Source of the DNA: an uncultured Candidatus Saccharibacteria bacterium
GTDB taxonomy: Bacteria > Patescibacteriota > Minisyncoccia > Phycocordibacterales > UBA918
Direction: 5' to 3'
Assembly: GCA_964626635.1 (NCBI GenBank)
Contig: CAZVFY010000004.1
Location: 530 to 64,529, forward strand
DNA: 64,000 bases
The position numbers were made by a program, and so were the translations under genes. This document shows, in pieces, positions 38,060 to 47,984 of this stretch; the stretch's first letter is position 1, and each line of letters opens with the position of its first letter. The notes beneath the pieces are model-generated. The model was not told where the DNA came from, made no database searches, and saw only the letters and a program-made list of their open reading frames with translations.

Positions 38060-38272
38060 ATGACGTTAGAAAATGTAGCAGACATAGCTTCAATCTTCAG
38101 TGCAGTATTTGCCTTAATAGGCTTGTTTGGTTTGGGAGCGATAGTCTATAAGTTCGTCTTTAAGCAAAAGAACGACACAGTTTTTAATGTGCATGGTGAT
38201 ATCAATGGTGATGTCGTTACTGGGGGTATAGCTGGAAAAAATAAGTCTGATATTCCAAAACAGTATGAATAA
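38060..38272 (+). CDS. small single-TM protein
   Basis: ADIASIFSAVFALIGLFGLGAIVY; overlaps the next gene start. Confidence 0.65.
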   Translation: MTLENVADIASIFSAVFALIGLFGLGAIVYKFVFKQKNDTVFNVHGDINGDVVTGGIAGKNKSDIPKQYE

Positions 38273-38591
38273 TAATCAACTTAAAATTGAACAAGGTACG
38301 ATTAGCTTTTGGATTAAAGAAAACGCTATAGATTTTGACGATGGGAAAGTTACGCGTATTTTCCAGTTAGATCCTGATGGGGGTAGTATTCTTTGTGTTA
38401 AAGATGACGACAATATGTTGAAGTTACTGTTTGTTGTTTTAGGAAAAGGGAGAGTTGATATAGAGCACGATGTTTCTGTATTAGAAAAGGACAAAAGACA
38501 CATGATAGCTTTTACCTGGAGTTTAGAAAATAAAGAAATTGTATTATTTTTAGATGGAAAAAAAGTAGCGACAAAAGAAATTACTTTTTAG
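38265..38591 (+). CDS. LamG/concanavalin A-like domain protein
   Basis: GTISFWIK...HMIAFTW...LFLDGK. Confidence 0.75.
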   Translation: MNNNQLKIEQGTISFWIKENAIDFDDGKVTRIFQLDPDGGSILCVKDDDNMLKLLFVVLGKGRVDIEHDVSVLEKDKRHMIAFTWSLENKEIVLFLDGKKVATKEITF

Positions 38592-38730
38592 AGCCCGAGA
38601 CACTATCAAATCAAAATCTAAAAATAACTAAATCCGTCAAGCCTGCCTTGACTGTCCACGGTTCTAACTCGAGGAAGCCCGCGAGCACCGAAATAAGTCC
38701 GTTAGGACTTATTTCGTTTTGTGCGAGCGC

Positions 38731-38881
38731 GAGAGTGAGGGATTCGAAAGACGCAGACTCATGTGAATTTTGTAGCGAAGCGGAGGAAGAGAGAGTCGAG
38801 TCAGGGTCGTGAGCAACATATTTTCCATGACCGGAGGGAATAAGAAAATAGTTGACTCCTGACCGAATCCCTCACTCTCCG
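38731..38881. repeat. 150-bp unit bounded by inverted copies of the tRNA-Ser 3' end (includes the attR-like repeat)
   Basis: GAGAGTGAGGGATTCGAA (38731-38748, complement of 13693-13710) and CGAATCCCTCACTCTCCG (38864-38881). Confidence 0.85.
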
Positions 38882-38941
38882 TATCCTCAAGCTAGCCCGA
38901 CCGCCTCTAGTTCATAGAGCAGCCGAGACACGTTCGAACTT

Positions 38942-38976
38942 AACAAAAGCACCCATGTAGCATGGGTGCTTTTGTT
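38942..38976. terminator. bidirectional intrinsic terminator
   Basis: AACAAAAGCACCCATG-TAG-CATGGGTGCTTTTGTT. Confidence 0.85.
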
Positions 38977-38991
38977 TCAGGTAACGATTCT

Positions 38992-39426
38992 TTACGTAAC
39001 TGGCAACTCACCCTCACCACCAAACCGCGTGGTCAGATAGCCGATCAGTCCACCAAGGAAAATTCCGTCCAAAATTGCCCAGTATGGTGACGTCAGGCCA
39101 GTCCAAGCAATAATATCGAGCGACATGAACGGTTGCAATTGGTCGCCCGCAAGCAACACCAGCAGCAGCATGTACGACGCACCAACCAGCGGCCCGCGCA
39201 CCCACCACGCCAAGCGCCATGACGCAAATAATGGGTGCGTAGTAAACACCCCAAACAGCCCGATCGTCACGCCCATGAGAATCATCAATAAGAGGAAGCC
39301 GAGCTTAAACTCAAGCGTTGTTGCGACTTGCACAAACGGCAAGATCAGAATGGTTACCAGTCCGATCAAGAAGCTAATGGTTTTGCTAATAACTAATCTG
39401 CCAGCAATAGAATGTGTATTGAACAT
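38992..39426 (-). CDS. 4-TM hypothetical membrane protein
   Basis: four hydrophobic segments. Confidence 0.8.
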   Translation of the reverse strand: MFNTHSIAGRLVISKTISFLIGLVTILILPFVQVATTLEFKLGFLLLMILMGVTIGLFGVFTTHPLFASWRLAWWVRGPLVGASYMLLLVLLAGDQLQPFMSLDIIAWTGLTSPYWAILDGIFLGGLIGYLTTRFGGEGELPVT

Positions 39427-39497
39427 ACGTATGCAAGGTACATTAATTTTAACGATTTACACAACTCTACCACGAGGTGTCTGCTACACTACCTCTA

Positions 39498-40664
39498 ATG
39501 GAAGCCTTCTATCCTTTCTTCTTGATCGTCTTTTCGGGAGTGTTCTTTTCGATGTTGTCGATCCGGACGCACATCCCGTGGGCGGTGATGTTGATCATCG
39601 GCGGGATCGTGTTCGGGCCGAGTGCCTTTGATCTAATTGAGGTAAACGAAACAATCGATTTTTTAGGGCAGATTGGTTTGATCTTCCTCATGTTCATGGC
39701 CGGACTCGAGACCAAACTGACCCAATTCAAAGAATTTCAAGGCAGTTTGTTTGTGCTGGCGCTCATCAATGGCTTGGTGCCATTCTTGGCTGGGTTTGGC
39801 CTGGTGTGGCTCTTGGGGTACGAGCTGATCACAGCGCTAATTGTAGGAATTATCTTTGTGTCGTCGTCGGTGGCGGTGGTGATCCCGTCGCTCGGTGTAT
39901 CTGGCTTGTTGCACACCAAACTTGGGCAGTCCGTGATCATTACGACCGTGCTGCAGGATATATCTAGCCTCGTCTTGTTGTCGCTGCTACTGCAGTCCGT
40001 CAGTCCAGTGACCGAGGTACCGCTGTATGTGTTTTACCCCGTGTTGTTGGGGGTGCTGGTGGCGCTGCGATTGTTTATCCCTAAATTACGCGCCTGGCTC
40101 ACCAGTGTCGCGAGTGACGCACCAGGGCTATTTCAACTGGAGTTCCGTACGACCTTTCTACTGCTGATCGGGACGGTGATCGCGTTTGAATTACTCGGCC
40201 TACACCCGATTGTGGCTGGGTTCTTCTCCGGTCTGGTGCTGGCCGATTCAATCAAAAGCAAAGTCCTCAAAGAAAAGATCCAAACCATCAGCTATGGCGT
40301 GTTTATCCCGACATTCTTTGTGGTGGTTGGGTTGCAGACTGACCTCAGCGGATTGGCGGGGGATATTAGCTCGCTGTTACTCGTACTGCTCGCCGTGGTA
40401 GGTACATTGGTGGTATCTAAGTTCGCGAGCGGATTTATCGCAGCTCGGCTCGTTGGGTTTGACACGCTACAGTCCAAGTTCTTTGCCGCAACGTCACTAC
40501 CGCAGCTATCGACAACGCTCGCGACCGCGTTCGTCGCGTTTAGCCTAGGGCTGCTCGACCAAGTACTACTGACTTCGCTGGTGCTGCTCAGTATTGTGAC
40601 GGTGCTGCTGAGTCCGCTGTTGATCAGCCGCTACGCCAAGCAAATCAGCGCGGAGAAGGGGTAG
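39498..40664 (+). CDS. cation:proton antiporter (CPA2/KefB-like)
   Basis: GLIFLMFMAGLET, TTVLQDI, about 12 TMs. Confidence 0.92.
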   Translation: MEAFYPFFLIVFSGVFFSMLSIRTHIPWAVMLIIGGIVFGPSAFDLIEVNETIDFLGQIGLIFLMFMAGLETKLTQFKEFQGSLFVLALINGLVPFLAGFGLVWLLGYELITALIVGIIFVSSSVAVVIPSLGVSGLLHTKLGQSVIITTVLQDISSLVLLSLLLQSVSPVTEVPLYVFYPVLLGVLVALRLFIPKLRAWLTSVASDAPGLFQLEFRTTFLLLIGTVIAFELLGLHPIVAGFFSGLVLADSIKSKVLKEKIQTISYGVFIPTFFVVVGLQTDLSGLAGDISSLLLVLLAVVGTLVVSKFASGFIAARLVGFDTLQSKFFAATSLPQLSTTLATAFVAFSLGLLDQVLLTSLVLLSIVTVLLSPLLISRYAKQISAEKG

Positions 40665-41280
40665 GAGCAGTGAGAATGTGCACATAATAATCCCACAACA
40701 ACCGCGCGGCCGCCCCACGGTGCGGCGACCATCGTTCCGAAAATGCGCGCAGTTCGCGTTCACTGGGGCGAGTGGAGAGACCATAAATTTCTTGCGTGGC
40801 GATCTGTAATGCCAGATCACCAGGCGCAAAGGCATCTGCATGCCCGAGCGAGAATAAGCAATAAATCTCGGCAGTCCATGGGCCGATACCGGTGACCTGG
40901 GTCAGAGTAGTGACCACCTCGTCGGTTGACTGGCGGCCAAGTGCGCGCCAGGGAACATAAGCCTCGGCGAGCGCGTAGGCGTATCGAGCCTTTTGCTGAC
41001 TGAGGCCGGCGGCGCGTAACTCGGCCGGTGAGGCGGCGAGGATGCGTTTGGGCGTTGTCAGTCCCGCCTTCCGCATTTTATTCATACTAGCAGTGGCTGC
41101 TGCAGTGCTGACTTGCTGGGATACGATGGCGGTCAGCACCGCACCAAACCCAGTTGGTCGCTTGCGCAAACTAGGTACGCCGATCGCGTTGTACACTGTG
41201 CGTAATGTAGGATCGAGCGCCAGGAGGGCGGCTACTTCGCGCGCGAGCTGTGCTTTGGAGGTAATACGAGGTGGGTTCAT
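40645..41280 (-). CDS. alkA: DNA-3-methyladenine glycosylase II
   Basis: IVSQQVS, GLSQQKARY, GIGPWTAE, GDLAL, WSPHRG. Confidence 0.92.
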   Translation of the reverse strand: MNPPRITSKAQLAREVAALLALDPTLRTVYNAIGVPSLRKRPTGFGAVLTAIVSQQVSTAAATASMNKMRKAGLTTPKRILAASPAELRAAGLSQQKARYAYALAEAYVPWRALGRQSTDEVVTTLTQVTGIGPWTAEIYCLFSLGHADAFAPGDLALQIATQEIYGLSTRPSERELRAFSERWSPHRGAAARLLWDYYVHILTAPTPSPR

Positions 41281-41368
41281 GTGTTGCAGTATGCAACCTG
41301 CGACAAATTGTGTACACCAGCTGCCATCGCTACAGGTATACTAGAAGAACGTTTAACACGAAAATAGT

Positions 41369-42703
41369 ATGACCACGGAGCAATTCATCGCACCATTCAA
41401 TGCCCAATTCAGCTGGCAGACCCAGTATCTGGCGACAGTCGCAGAAATTGCGCATGACGTGGTGCCGTACCTGCGCAGCATCAACGCTAGTGAGGCTGAC
41501 TATCGACTGGTTGAGCGTATGTTTCATCCCGAGCGGACCATTTCGTTCCGCGTTGATTGGCAAGACGACGCCGGGCAGATCCAGACCAACACTGGCTACC
41601 GTGTCCAGATGAACTCTGCCCGCGGACCGTATAAGGGCGGGTTGCGGTTTGATGCGACGGTGAACCTCGACGTCCTCAAATTCCTCGCGCTCGAACAAGC
41701 CTTCAAAAACGCGCTGACCGGCTTGCCGCTTGGCGCCAGCAAGGGTGGTGCAAATTTCGATCCACGCGGTAAGTCGCCAGGCGAGATCAAGCGGTTTTGC
41801 CAAGCCTTCATTACTGAACTGTACCGACACATCGGGGCGCAGACTGATGTGCCCGCCGGTGACATCGGGGTGGGTGCAGCCGAGATCGGCTGGATGTACG
41901 GCCAGTATAAACGCATCGCCAACGAACACACCGGCATCCTGACCGGCAAAGGCACCGAGTTCGGCGGCTCGCTCGGTCGGACCGAGGCGACTGGCTACGG
42001 CGTGGTGTATTTGTTGCGGCACGTTCTAGGCAGTATTGATGCACAGGTAGAGGGGAAGCGCATCGCCGTCTCTGGCTCTGGTAACGTAGCGCTGCACGCG
42101 GCTGAAAAGCTGCTGCACGAAGGAGCAGTCGTCCTGACGCTGTCCGAGCGGGGCGGATATTTGTATGCGGCAGATGGCTTTACCCAAGAAGCGCTGGCAT
42201 TAATCAAAAATACGAAGGCTCGTAAACAGTCTCTTCGCGCAATCGCTGCTGAGGTTAAGGCTGAGTACGTCACTAACGGTAGTCTGTGGGCAGCGGTGCC
42301 GGCTGATGTGTACTTGCCAGCAGCAACCCAAAACGAAATTGACGTGGCGGACGCGCGAGCGATCATTGCGCACAATCCACTGGTTGTGATCGAAGGTGCC
42401 AACATGCCAGTGGCGCGGGAGGCGGTCGAATTAGTACAAAGTACCGATATATTGTTTGTACCAGGCAAGGCCGCCAACGCCGGCGGCGTGGCGGTGTCCG
42501 GTCTCGAGATGTCGCAAAACGCCGGGCACCAAACGTGGACCACTGCCAAGGTTGACCAGTACCTCGAGTTAATCATGAAAGATATTTTCCATACCATGCA
42601 GCACCACGGCACACAGCCAGACGGACGGATAGACTACCTGCGTGGCGCGAACATTGGTGGATTTATTAAATTATTTGCAGCCATGAAAGGGTTGGGGTGG
42701 TAG
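41369..42703 (+). CDS. gdhA: NADP-specific glutamate dehydrogenase
   Basis: GPYKGGLRF, DVPAGDIGVG, RTEATGYG, GSGNVA, KAANAGGVAVS. Confidence 0.97.
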   Translation: MTTEQFIAPFNAQFSWQTQYLATVAEIAHDVVPYLRSINASEADYRLVERMFHPERTISFRVDWQDDAGQIQTNTGYRVQMNSARGPYKGGLRFDATVNLDVLKFLALEQAFKNALTGLPLGASKGGANFDPRGKSPGEIKRFCQAFITELYRHIGAQTDVPAGDIGVGAAEIGWMYGQYKRIANEHTGILTGKGTEFGGSLGRTEATGYGVVYLLRHVLGSIDAQVEGKRIAVSGSGNVALHAAEKLLHEGAVVLTLSERGGYLYAADGFTQEALALIKNTKARKQSLRAIAAEVKAEYVTNGSLWAAVPADVYLPAATQNEIDVADARAIIAHNPLVVIEGANMPVAREAVELVQSTDILFVPGKAANAGGVAVSGLEMSQNAGHQTWTTAKVDQYLELIMKDIFHTMQHHGTQPDGRIDYLRGANIGGFIKLFAAMKGLGW

Positions 42704-42727
42704 TGTGCTAGCATCGAGTATTGGCGT

Positions 42728-43039
42728 ATGGAATTATTTGGACAACCTCTCTGGCTGCTGCTCATCGGGTTACTTATCACACTTAATGTCGTAGCGTGCA
42801 TTGTCATGGGTCGCGATAAACGCCGCGCTATTCATGGTCGGAATGCCGAACGAGCGGCTGAAGGCTTTTTATTTTTCTTGGCGGCAATGGGTGGTGCGAT
42901 TGGTATTTATTTGGGTATGTTACTGTTCCGGCACAAAACGCGCCGCTGGTACTTTCAGATCGGGATCCCGGTGCTAATTACGCAACAGATAGTGTTGGCG
43001 TATGGCGCGCTCATCTGGGCAGGAATTGGTTTATTATAG
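42728..43039 (+). CDS. DUF1294 family membrane protein
   Basis: MGRDKRRA...GGAIG...FRHKT. Confidence 0.9.
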   Translation: MELFGQPLWLLLIGLLITLNVVACIVMGRDKRRAIHGRNAERAAEGFLFFLAAMGGAIGIYLGMLLFRHKTRRWYFQIGIPVLITQQIVLAYGALIWAGIGLL

Positions 43040-43094
43040 CGCAGTAAAGCATGAAGACTTTGTACAAATAGTATTATTTGTTACAATTAGAAAC

Positions 43095-43826
43095 ATGCAG
43101 TTATTATTCGCCGTAGGCATACTTGTATTGGTACTATGCCTGCTTCTAATCACCACTCCAATGCTTACCTACCTCAAAACTGGCTACCTCATTGCCACGG
43201 TCACTCCTTACGAACAGCCTGGCACCACACCACCGGCTGGTAATATCAAGATCATTGGTGACAGTACTGGCTACGGCACTGGCGCAGGCAACGCAATGGA
43301 ATCGGTAGCGGGACGGATCGGCGCGGCGTACCCGTGCTACCGCATCACCAATGACAGCGTGAACGGCCGTACGATTACTGATCTACTGCAAGCTGACAGC
43401 AGCGCAGACCAGTCGTACGATCTTATCTTGCTACAAATCGGCGCGAATGATTTGCTGCAGCACCGCAGCGTCGACGAGGTGTTGAACGATATGAATACAC
43501 TGATCGAGCGCCTACAGCCGCAGGCTGCGCACCTGGCCATCCTGACCTCGGGTAATATTGGCGGGACAGAGCGACTGGCTGAGGGTGAGCGCCAGGCTCT
43601 CACCGACGCTTCGCGTGAGTACGACAGGCGGATGCAGGATTTTGCCGCTAAACAACCGAACGTGCAGTTTGTCTCGTTGTTTTCAGAACTGGACGACGAT
43701 CCGTTCGTGCAGGACCCAGATCGCTACCAATCTTGGGACGGATTGCATCCCTCAAGTGAAGGCTATCGACTATGGTTCGAGGCGGCCGAGGAACAGGTGC
43801 TAACGAGTGTCCTGGCACCATGTTAA
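43095..43826 (+). CDS. SGNH/GDSL hydrolase
   Basis: GDSTGYG, IGAND, DGLHP. Confidence 0.92.
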   Translation: MQLLFAVGILVLVLCLLLITTPMLTYLKTGYLIATVTPYEQPGTTPPAGNIKIIGDSTGYGTGAGNAMESVAGRIGAAYPCYRITNDSVNGRTITDLLQADSSADQSYDLILLQIGANDLLQHRSVDEVLNDMNTLIERLQPQAAHLAILTSGNIGGTERLAEGERQALTDASREYDRRMQDFAAKQPNVQFVSLFSELDDDPFVQDPDRYQSWDGLHPSSEGYRLWFEAAEEQVLTSVLAPC

Positions 43827-43847
43827 TTGACTCATACACAATGCTCT

Positions 43848-44465
43848 ATGCGTAAAGTAATGTATGCCGTACTGGTTGCAATTGCGCTCGTCGTATTATG
43901 GCAATTTTTACCTTCAGACCCTGTGACAGTGACACCCCCTGAAAACGCCCGCGCCAGCGGACCGATTGTGGCAGTGGGAGAGAGTCTGGCTGCCGGAGTG
44001 GGTGCGCCCGAGGGACAGGGATTCGTGGCAATTCTTAGTCGCGTAATCGATGAAGAGATCATCAATCTCGGGGTCAGTGGCCAGACTACCGCCGAAGCTC
44101 GAGCGGTGCTCGGTGACGTGCTGGCGTTAGAGCCTCGGTTGGTGTTGCTGCAGCTCGGTGGTAATGATGCCATCCAGGACGTACCGAGCGCCGAGACGTT
44201 CGCTAATTTACGATACATGATAGACACGTTGCAGGCCGATGGCGCCCAAGTCATCTTGCTCGGTGTGCGGGGTGGTATATTTCGTGACACCGCGCGCAAC
44301 CAGTTTGATCAGCTAGCGGCTGATACGAACGTCGCATACGTACCCGACATCCTGGACGGGCTGTTTGGCAATGATGATCTGATGAGTGACCCAATTCATC
44401 CTAATGCCGCTGGGTACCAACAGATTGCGGATCGCGTATTGCCAGTATTAGAGCGCGCCCAGTAG
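43848..44465 (+). CDS. SGNH/GDSL arylesterase (TesA-like)
   Basis: GESLAAG, GVSGQTT, LGGND, DPIHPN. Confidence 0.92.
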   Translation: MRKVMYAVLVAIALVVLWQFLPSDPVTVTPPENARASGPIVAVGESLAAGVGAPEGQGFVAILSRVIDEEIINLGVSGQTTAEARAVLGDVLALEPRLVLLQLGGNDAIQDVPSAETFANLRYMIDTLQADGAQVILLGVRGGIFRDTARNQFDQLAADTNVAYVPDILDGLFGNDDLMSDPIHPNAAGYQQIADRVLPVLERAQ

Positions 44466-44522
44466 TGCCCCAGATGCTGTATACTGCATACGAGTATTGG
44501 AACAATAACGACATCATATATT

Positions 44523-44849
44523 ATGGCAACTAAAGAAGAAATGATAGGCACGTACCTTAGCCAATTGACCAACCTTAATGAAGAGGTAGACATGAACCTC
44601 CTTGATTGGGCGGTGGATCGGGTCGGTCCGGCCAATTACAATGCTGATGGGCAGCTCGTCGCCATGTCTGACGAGACTGAGGTCAAAACCGTCTACAACA
44701 ACTTTGTAGCTGACGAGCTAGCTGAGACTGACGAAGAAAAGGGTATGCAAGCGATTCAGGCAGTTGGTGATCAGATGAAAGGCGAGTCGCGAAAGTACCG
44801 GGCAGTGGTGTACTATATGCTCGCTAAGCACTATGGTAAGTCAGTGTAA
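44523..44849 (+). CDS. DUF2853-like protein
   Basis: GPANYNADG..VAMSDETE...KYRAVVYYMLAKH. Confidence 0.8.
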   Translation: MATKEEMIGTYLSQLTNLNEEVDMNLLDWAVDRVGPANYNADGQLVAMSDETEVKTVYNNFVADELAETDEEKGMQAIQAVGDQMKGESRKYRAVVYYMLAKHYGKSV

Positions 44850-44891
44850 GCCAGCAGCATTGCAGGCGAGGCGCTGACCTCGCCACGAACA

Positions 44892-45491
44892 TTAATGTGC
44901 CAGCGCAACACAATGCACACGCATATCTGCCGGTAGCGCACGCTTAAGGGCGCTTTCTGCTGCCCGCATCGTGGCGCCAGTAGTCAACACATCATCTAGT
45001 AAGACTACGGTATTGGGTAGAGCAGCGACTCGATTGCTACGCACTCCGAACGTACCCTGCTGCTGCTCGATACGCGTAGCGCGCGGCACTTGAGCTTGGC
45101 GCGCGGTGTGCGTGCGTTTATAAAGCAGATCGGAAGCGTACTGCTGATGGTAGGCGCTCTGCCGCATCACATGGGCCAGGTGATCGTACCCGCGCTCGCG
45201 CCAACGGCGATATGACTGCGGTACCGTGATCACCGTAAAGGCAACAGATCCGAATTTCGCTGTTAAAAATTGATCGAGCACCGTTGCGAGTGCAAGTGCC
45301 GCTGGGCGTTGATAGTGATATTTGTTCGCTTTGATGCACGTACTTACTGGTAATTCTTGATACGGTAAGAGACAAGCGACGTGATCAACGTATGTGACTG
45401 AATAATGAGGGTCGAGCGATACCACTGATTCAGTGTCAGGGAACAACACCGACTGTAGCTTCCCAACAACTCTGCGTATTTGATGCAACAT
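44892..45491 (-). CDS. comF: ComF family phosphoribosyltransferase-like competence protein
   Basis: KY, VP..RRWRERGYDH, LLDDVLTTGAT. Confidence 0.92.
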   Translation of the reverse strand: MLHQIRRVVGKLQSVLFPDTESVVSLDPHYSVTYVDHVACLLPYQELPVSTCIKANKYHYQRPAALALATVLDQFLTAKFGSVAFTVITVPQSYRRWRERGYDHLAHVMRQSAYHQQYASDLLYKRTHTARQAQVPRATRIEQQQGTFGVRSNRVAALPNTVVLLDDVLTTGATMRAAESALKRALPADMRVHCVALAH

Positions 45492-45534
45492 AACGTGATA
45501 TTATTTACAACAGTATCATCGCACGCGTCAAGCC

Positions 45535-46590
45535 ATGGGATTCCTAAGTAATTTATTTTCTAGCAATACACTCTCACGCTCTAATAGCGCCATTGGCGTA
45601 GACATCGGCAGCTCTTCGCTCAAGGTGGTCGAGTTAGAAGAGCGCAGCGGCGTGTTGACGCTCGTCACATACGGTGAAGTGCAGCTAGGCCCTTACGCGG
45701 GCAAGCCAATTGGTGGCGTTGTGCAACTGACCGCCAAGCAGGAGCAAGAAGCGTTAGTTGATGCCATCCGCGAATCAGCAGTCAAAGCTAATGACGCGGT
45801 ATTTGCGATGCCGCTCTCAGCAAGTTTTATTAGTACCGCAACGCTGGGGTCTAGTGGTGGCGCCGATATTGGCGCGATGGTGCGGGTCGAGGCGCGTAAA
45901 TTGATCCCGGCTTCATTGAACGAGGTTACTTTAGACTGGGCAGAGCTATCACAAACAGACACACACCAGCGCGTACTATTGGCGGCTATTCAAAACTCGG
46001 CAATTGATCGGTTTAATATTTTAGAGCAATTTGCTGGCTTTGCTGATGCTCAAACAGAAATCGAGTGTTTTAGTACCAACCGTGCTGTCAGTACAACAGA
46101 AAATTGCGCGGTCTTTGATTTTGGTGCTCAAACCACCAAGATGTATCTGTTATCTGGCGGTATTCTGAACCGTATGCATCGCGTTAATGTCGGCGGGGAA
46201 GCTGTTACAAAGGCGCTAATGAAAAAGCTGAACCTCACTTTTGAAGAAGCAGAAATGCACAAGCAACAGCCTGATTCTGAAGGTAAATATTACACCGCAG
46301 TACACGATACATACCAGCAAGTGTACGGGCGCGCCATGCGAGAGTTCTCCCAAGTAATTCAGCGCCATACGAGTGAGACCGACGAAGCGTTCCAGGCGGC
46401 AGAAATTTGTGGGGGTGCCAGTCGATTCGCTGCAGCGCCTGGCTTAGTCAAGGAACTGTTCTCAGCAAATGTAGAATATATTCGTCCTTTCCGGCACGTG
46501 GCCTATCCAACTTTTATGGGTGATGTAATAGAAGAAATTGGACCATATTTTACTGCTAGTCTAGGAGCAGCGTTACGACCGTTTGAATAA
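45535..46590 (+). CDS. pilM: type IV pilus assembly protein PilM
   Basis: GVDIGSSSLKVVEL, DFGAQTT, CGGAS. Confidence 0.92.
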   Translation: MGFLSNLFSSNTLSRSNSAIGVDIGSSSLKVVELEERSGVLTLVTYGEVQLGPYAGKPIGGVVQLTAKQEQEALVDAIRESAVKANDAVFAMPLSASFISTATLGSSGGADIGAMVRVEARKLIPASLNEVTLDWAELSQTDTHQRVLLAAIQNSAIDRFNILEQFAGFADAQTEIECFSTNRAVSTTENCAVFDFGAQTTKMYLLSGGILNRMHRVNVGGEAVTKALMKKLNLTFEEAEMHKQQPDSEGKYYTAVHDTYQQVYGRAMREFSQVIQRHTSETDEAFQAAEICGGASRFAAAPGLVKELFSANVEYIRPFRHVAYPTFMGDVIEEIGPYFTASLGAALRPFE

Positions 46591-46653
46591 CATACATCCT
46601 GTCCACAGTGGCCAGGCAATCCTGAGTACAGATCACAGTATACTTACATCAAC

Positions 46654-47391
46654 ATGGCAAGCAGTTCTTCACACATGGGCCCATCGCTTATCCCAAAACG
46701 GGACAAAAAGCGTCGCCCCAGGTCAAACCGACAAAAACAGTTTTATTTGTTATCACTTGTTGCGTACTCCTGTTTGTTTGGTTCTTTGGCCATTGCTATT
46801 GGAGTCTACGGTTATAATCAGTATCTGACCAACCAGCTAGCTGATAAAACAGCAACGCTCAACCAGTCGAGGGAAAATTTCGACGTCGATACCTTACTGC
46901 AAGTGTACGAACTTGATCAAGCATTAAAATTGACTGAAGGGCGTCTGCGATCAAACGTAGCTTTGGTGCGCATGTTTGATGAGTTAGATCGTGTCACCAC
47001 TGAACCAGTGCAGATCACTTCATTATCATTGGACCGAGATAGTGGCGGTGCTTATACGATGAGCGGCACCATAATCACCAGCTCTTTTGACGCCGCCATT
47101 CAACAACGCGATGTTTACGCACTTCCCGATAACGCCTTTCAAGACACCGGTATCAGCGAAGTCACACTGAATCCATCGGCGCAAGAGTCGGAAAACGCTA
47201 GTACCGTCGAGTTAGCATTTACAATCACGACTCCAATTGAAGATATACGCTATCAGGCCGATGCGCCGTTGCCTGATAGCTTGTCTGGCAACGCTGATCT
47301 TTCAATACTGAACAGTAATGATACAAGGTTCAATGAAGAGTTCGGTGAAGAAGATGATATTTCCACTAGCCTTAATAATCCTGACATATGA
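46654..47391 (+). CDS. PilN-like protein
   Basis: SLIPK N-terminal motif, TM, coiled coil; follows pilM. Confidence 0.75.
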   Translation: MASSSSHMGPSLIPKRDKKRRPRSNRQKQFYLLSLVAYSCLFGSLAIAIGVYGYNQYLTNQLADKTATLNQSRENFDVDTLLQVYELDQALKLTEGRLRSNVALVRMFDELDRVTTEPVQITSLSLDRDSGGAYTMSGTIITSSFDAAIQQRDVYALPDNAFQDTGISEVTLNPSAQESENASTVELAFTITTPIEDIRYQADAPLPDSLSGNADLSILNSNDTRFNEEFGEEDDISTSLNNPDI

Positions 47392-47981
47392 AATCGCTTG
47401 GCCTAGTAGCACAAATCTGTATGGTTGTAATCGCAGTTTTGATTGCGTTTATGTACGTTGAACCAACCTTTGGCGAAATAGTTGCTACTCAGCAACAGAT
47501 TGATGATTATGATAAACGCATTGTCCAAGTTGAGGGCGTCAACACTACGTTGAGCTCATTGCAAAGACGACAAAGCAGTATCGCTAGCGAGGATATTATT
47601 AAACTCCAAACCTATCTGCCGTACGATCGCCCCCGTGATACCGTCTCGGTGTTGCGTGACATCCAGCTGATCGCTGAGCTGGCCGGTTTCCAGACGGGAG
47701 GACTCAGTTACACACCCGCTGACAACGCTACAGACAGCGAAGAATCAACAGCTGAGCACCTAGTGCGGCACACTTTCACCGGTGAGTTCACTGGTACGTA
47801 TAGTCATCTTAAAGAATTGCTGAGACTCCTACCGATAAACGAGTACCCTCTCGAGGTTCGTACCTTAGAGGTCCAACCGCTCGACGGCGGATTTCTGAAT
47901 GTCAGCATAGTGCTCGATACGTTTGCGGCTGATATCAACCCGCAATCAATTGGCATTTCATTACCAGCTGAGGATCAATAG
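47388..47981 (+). CDS. PilO-like protein
   Basis: TM, coiled coil, LP, FTGTYSHLKELL; ATGA overlap with the upstream gene. Confidence 0.8.
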   Translation: MKSLGLVAQICMVVIAVLIAFMYVEPTFGEIVATQQQIDDYDKRIVQVEGVNTTLSSLQRRQSSIASEDIIKLQTYLPYDRPRDTVSVLRDIQLIAELAGFQTGGLSYTPADNATDSEESTAEHLVRHTFTGEFTGTYSHLKELLRLLPINEYPLEVRTLEVQPLDGGFLNVSIVLDTFAADINPQSIGISLPAEDQ

Positions 47982-47984
47982 TGT

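Larger units (their letters stand above)
13713..38881. mobile_element. genomic island of about 25 kb integrated at the tRNA-Ser 3' end
   Basis: 18-bp direct repeat CGAATCCCTCACTCTCCG at 13695-13712 and 38864-38881; AT-richer than the flanks; serine recombinase, R-M, Zorya-like and DGR cargo. Confidence 0.85.
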
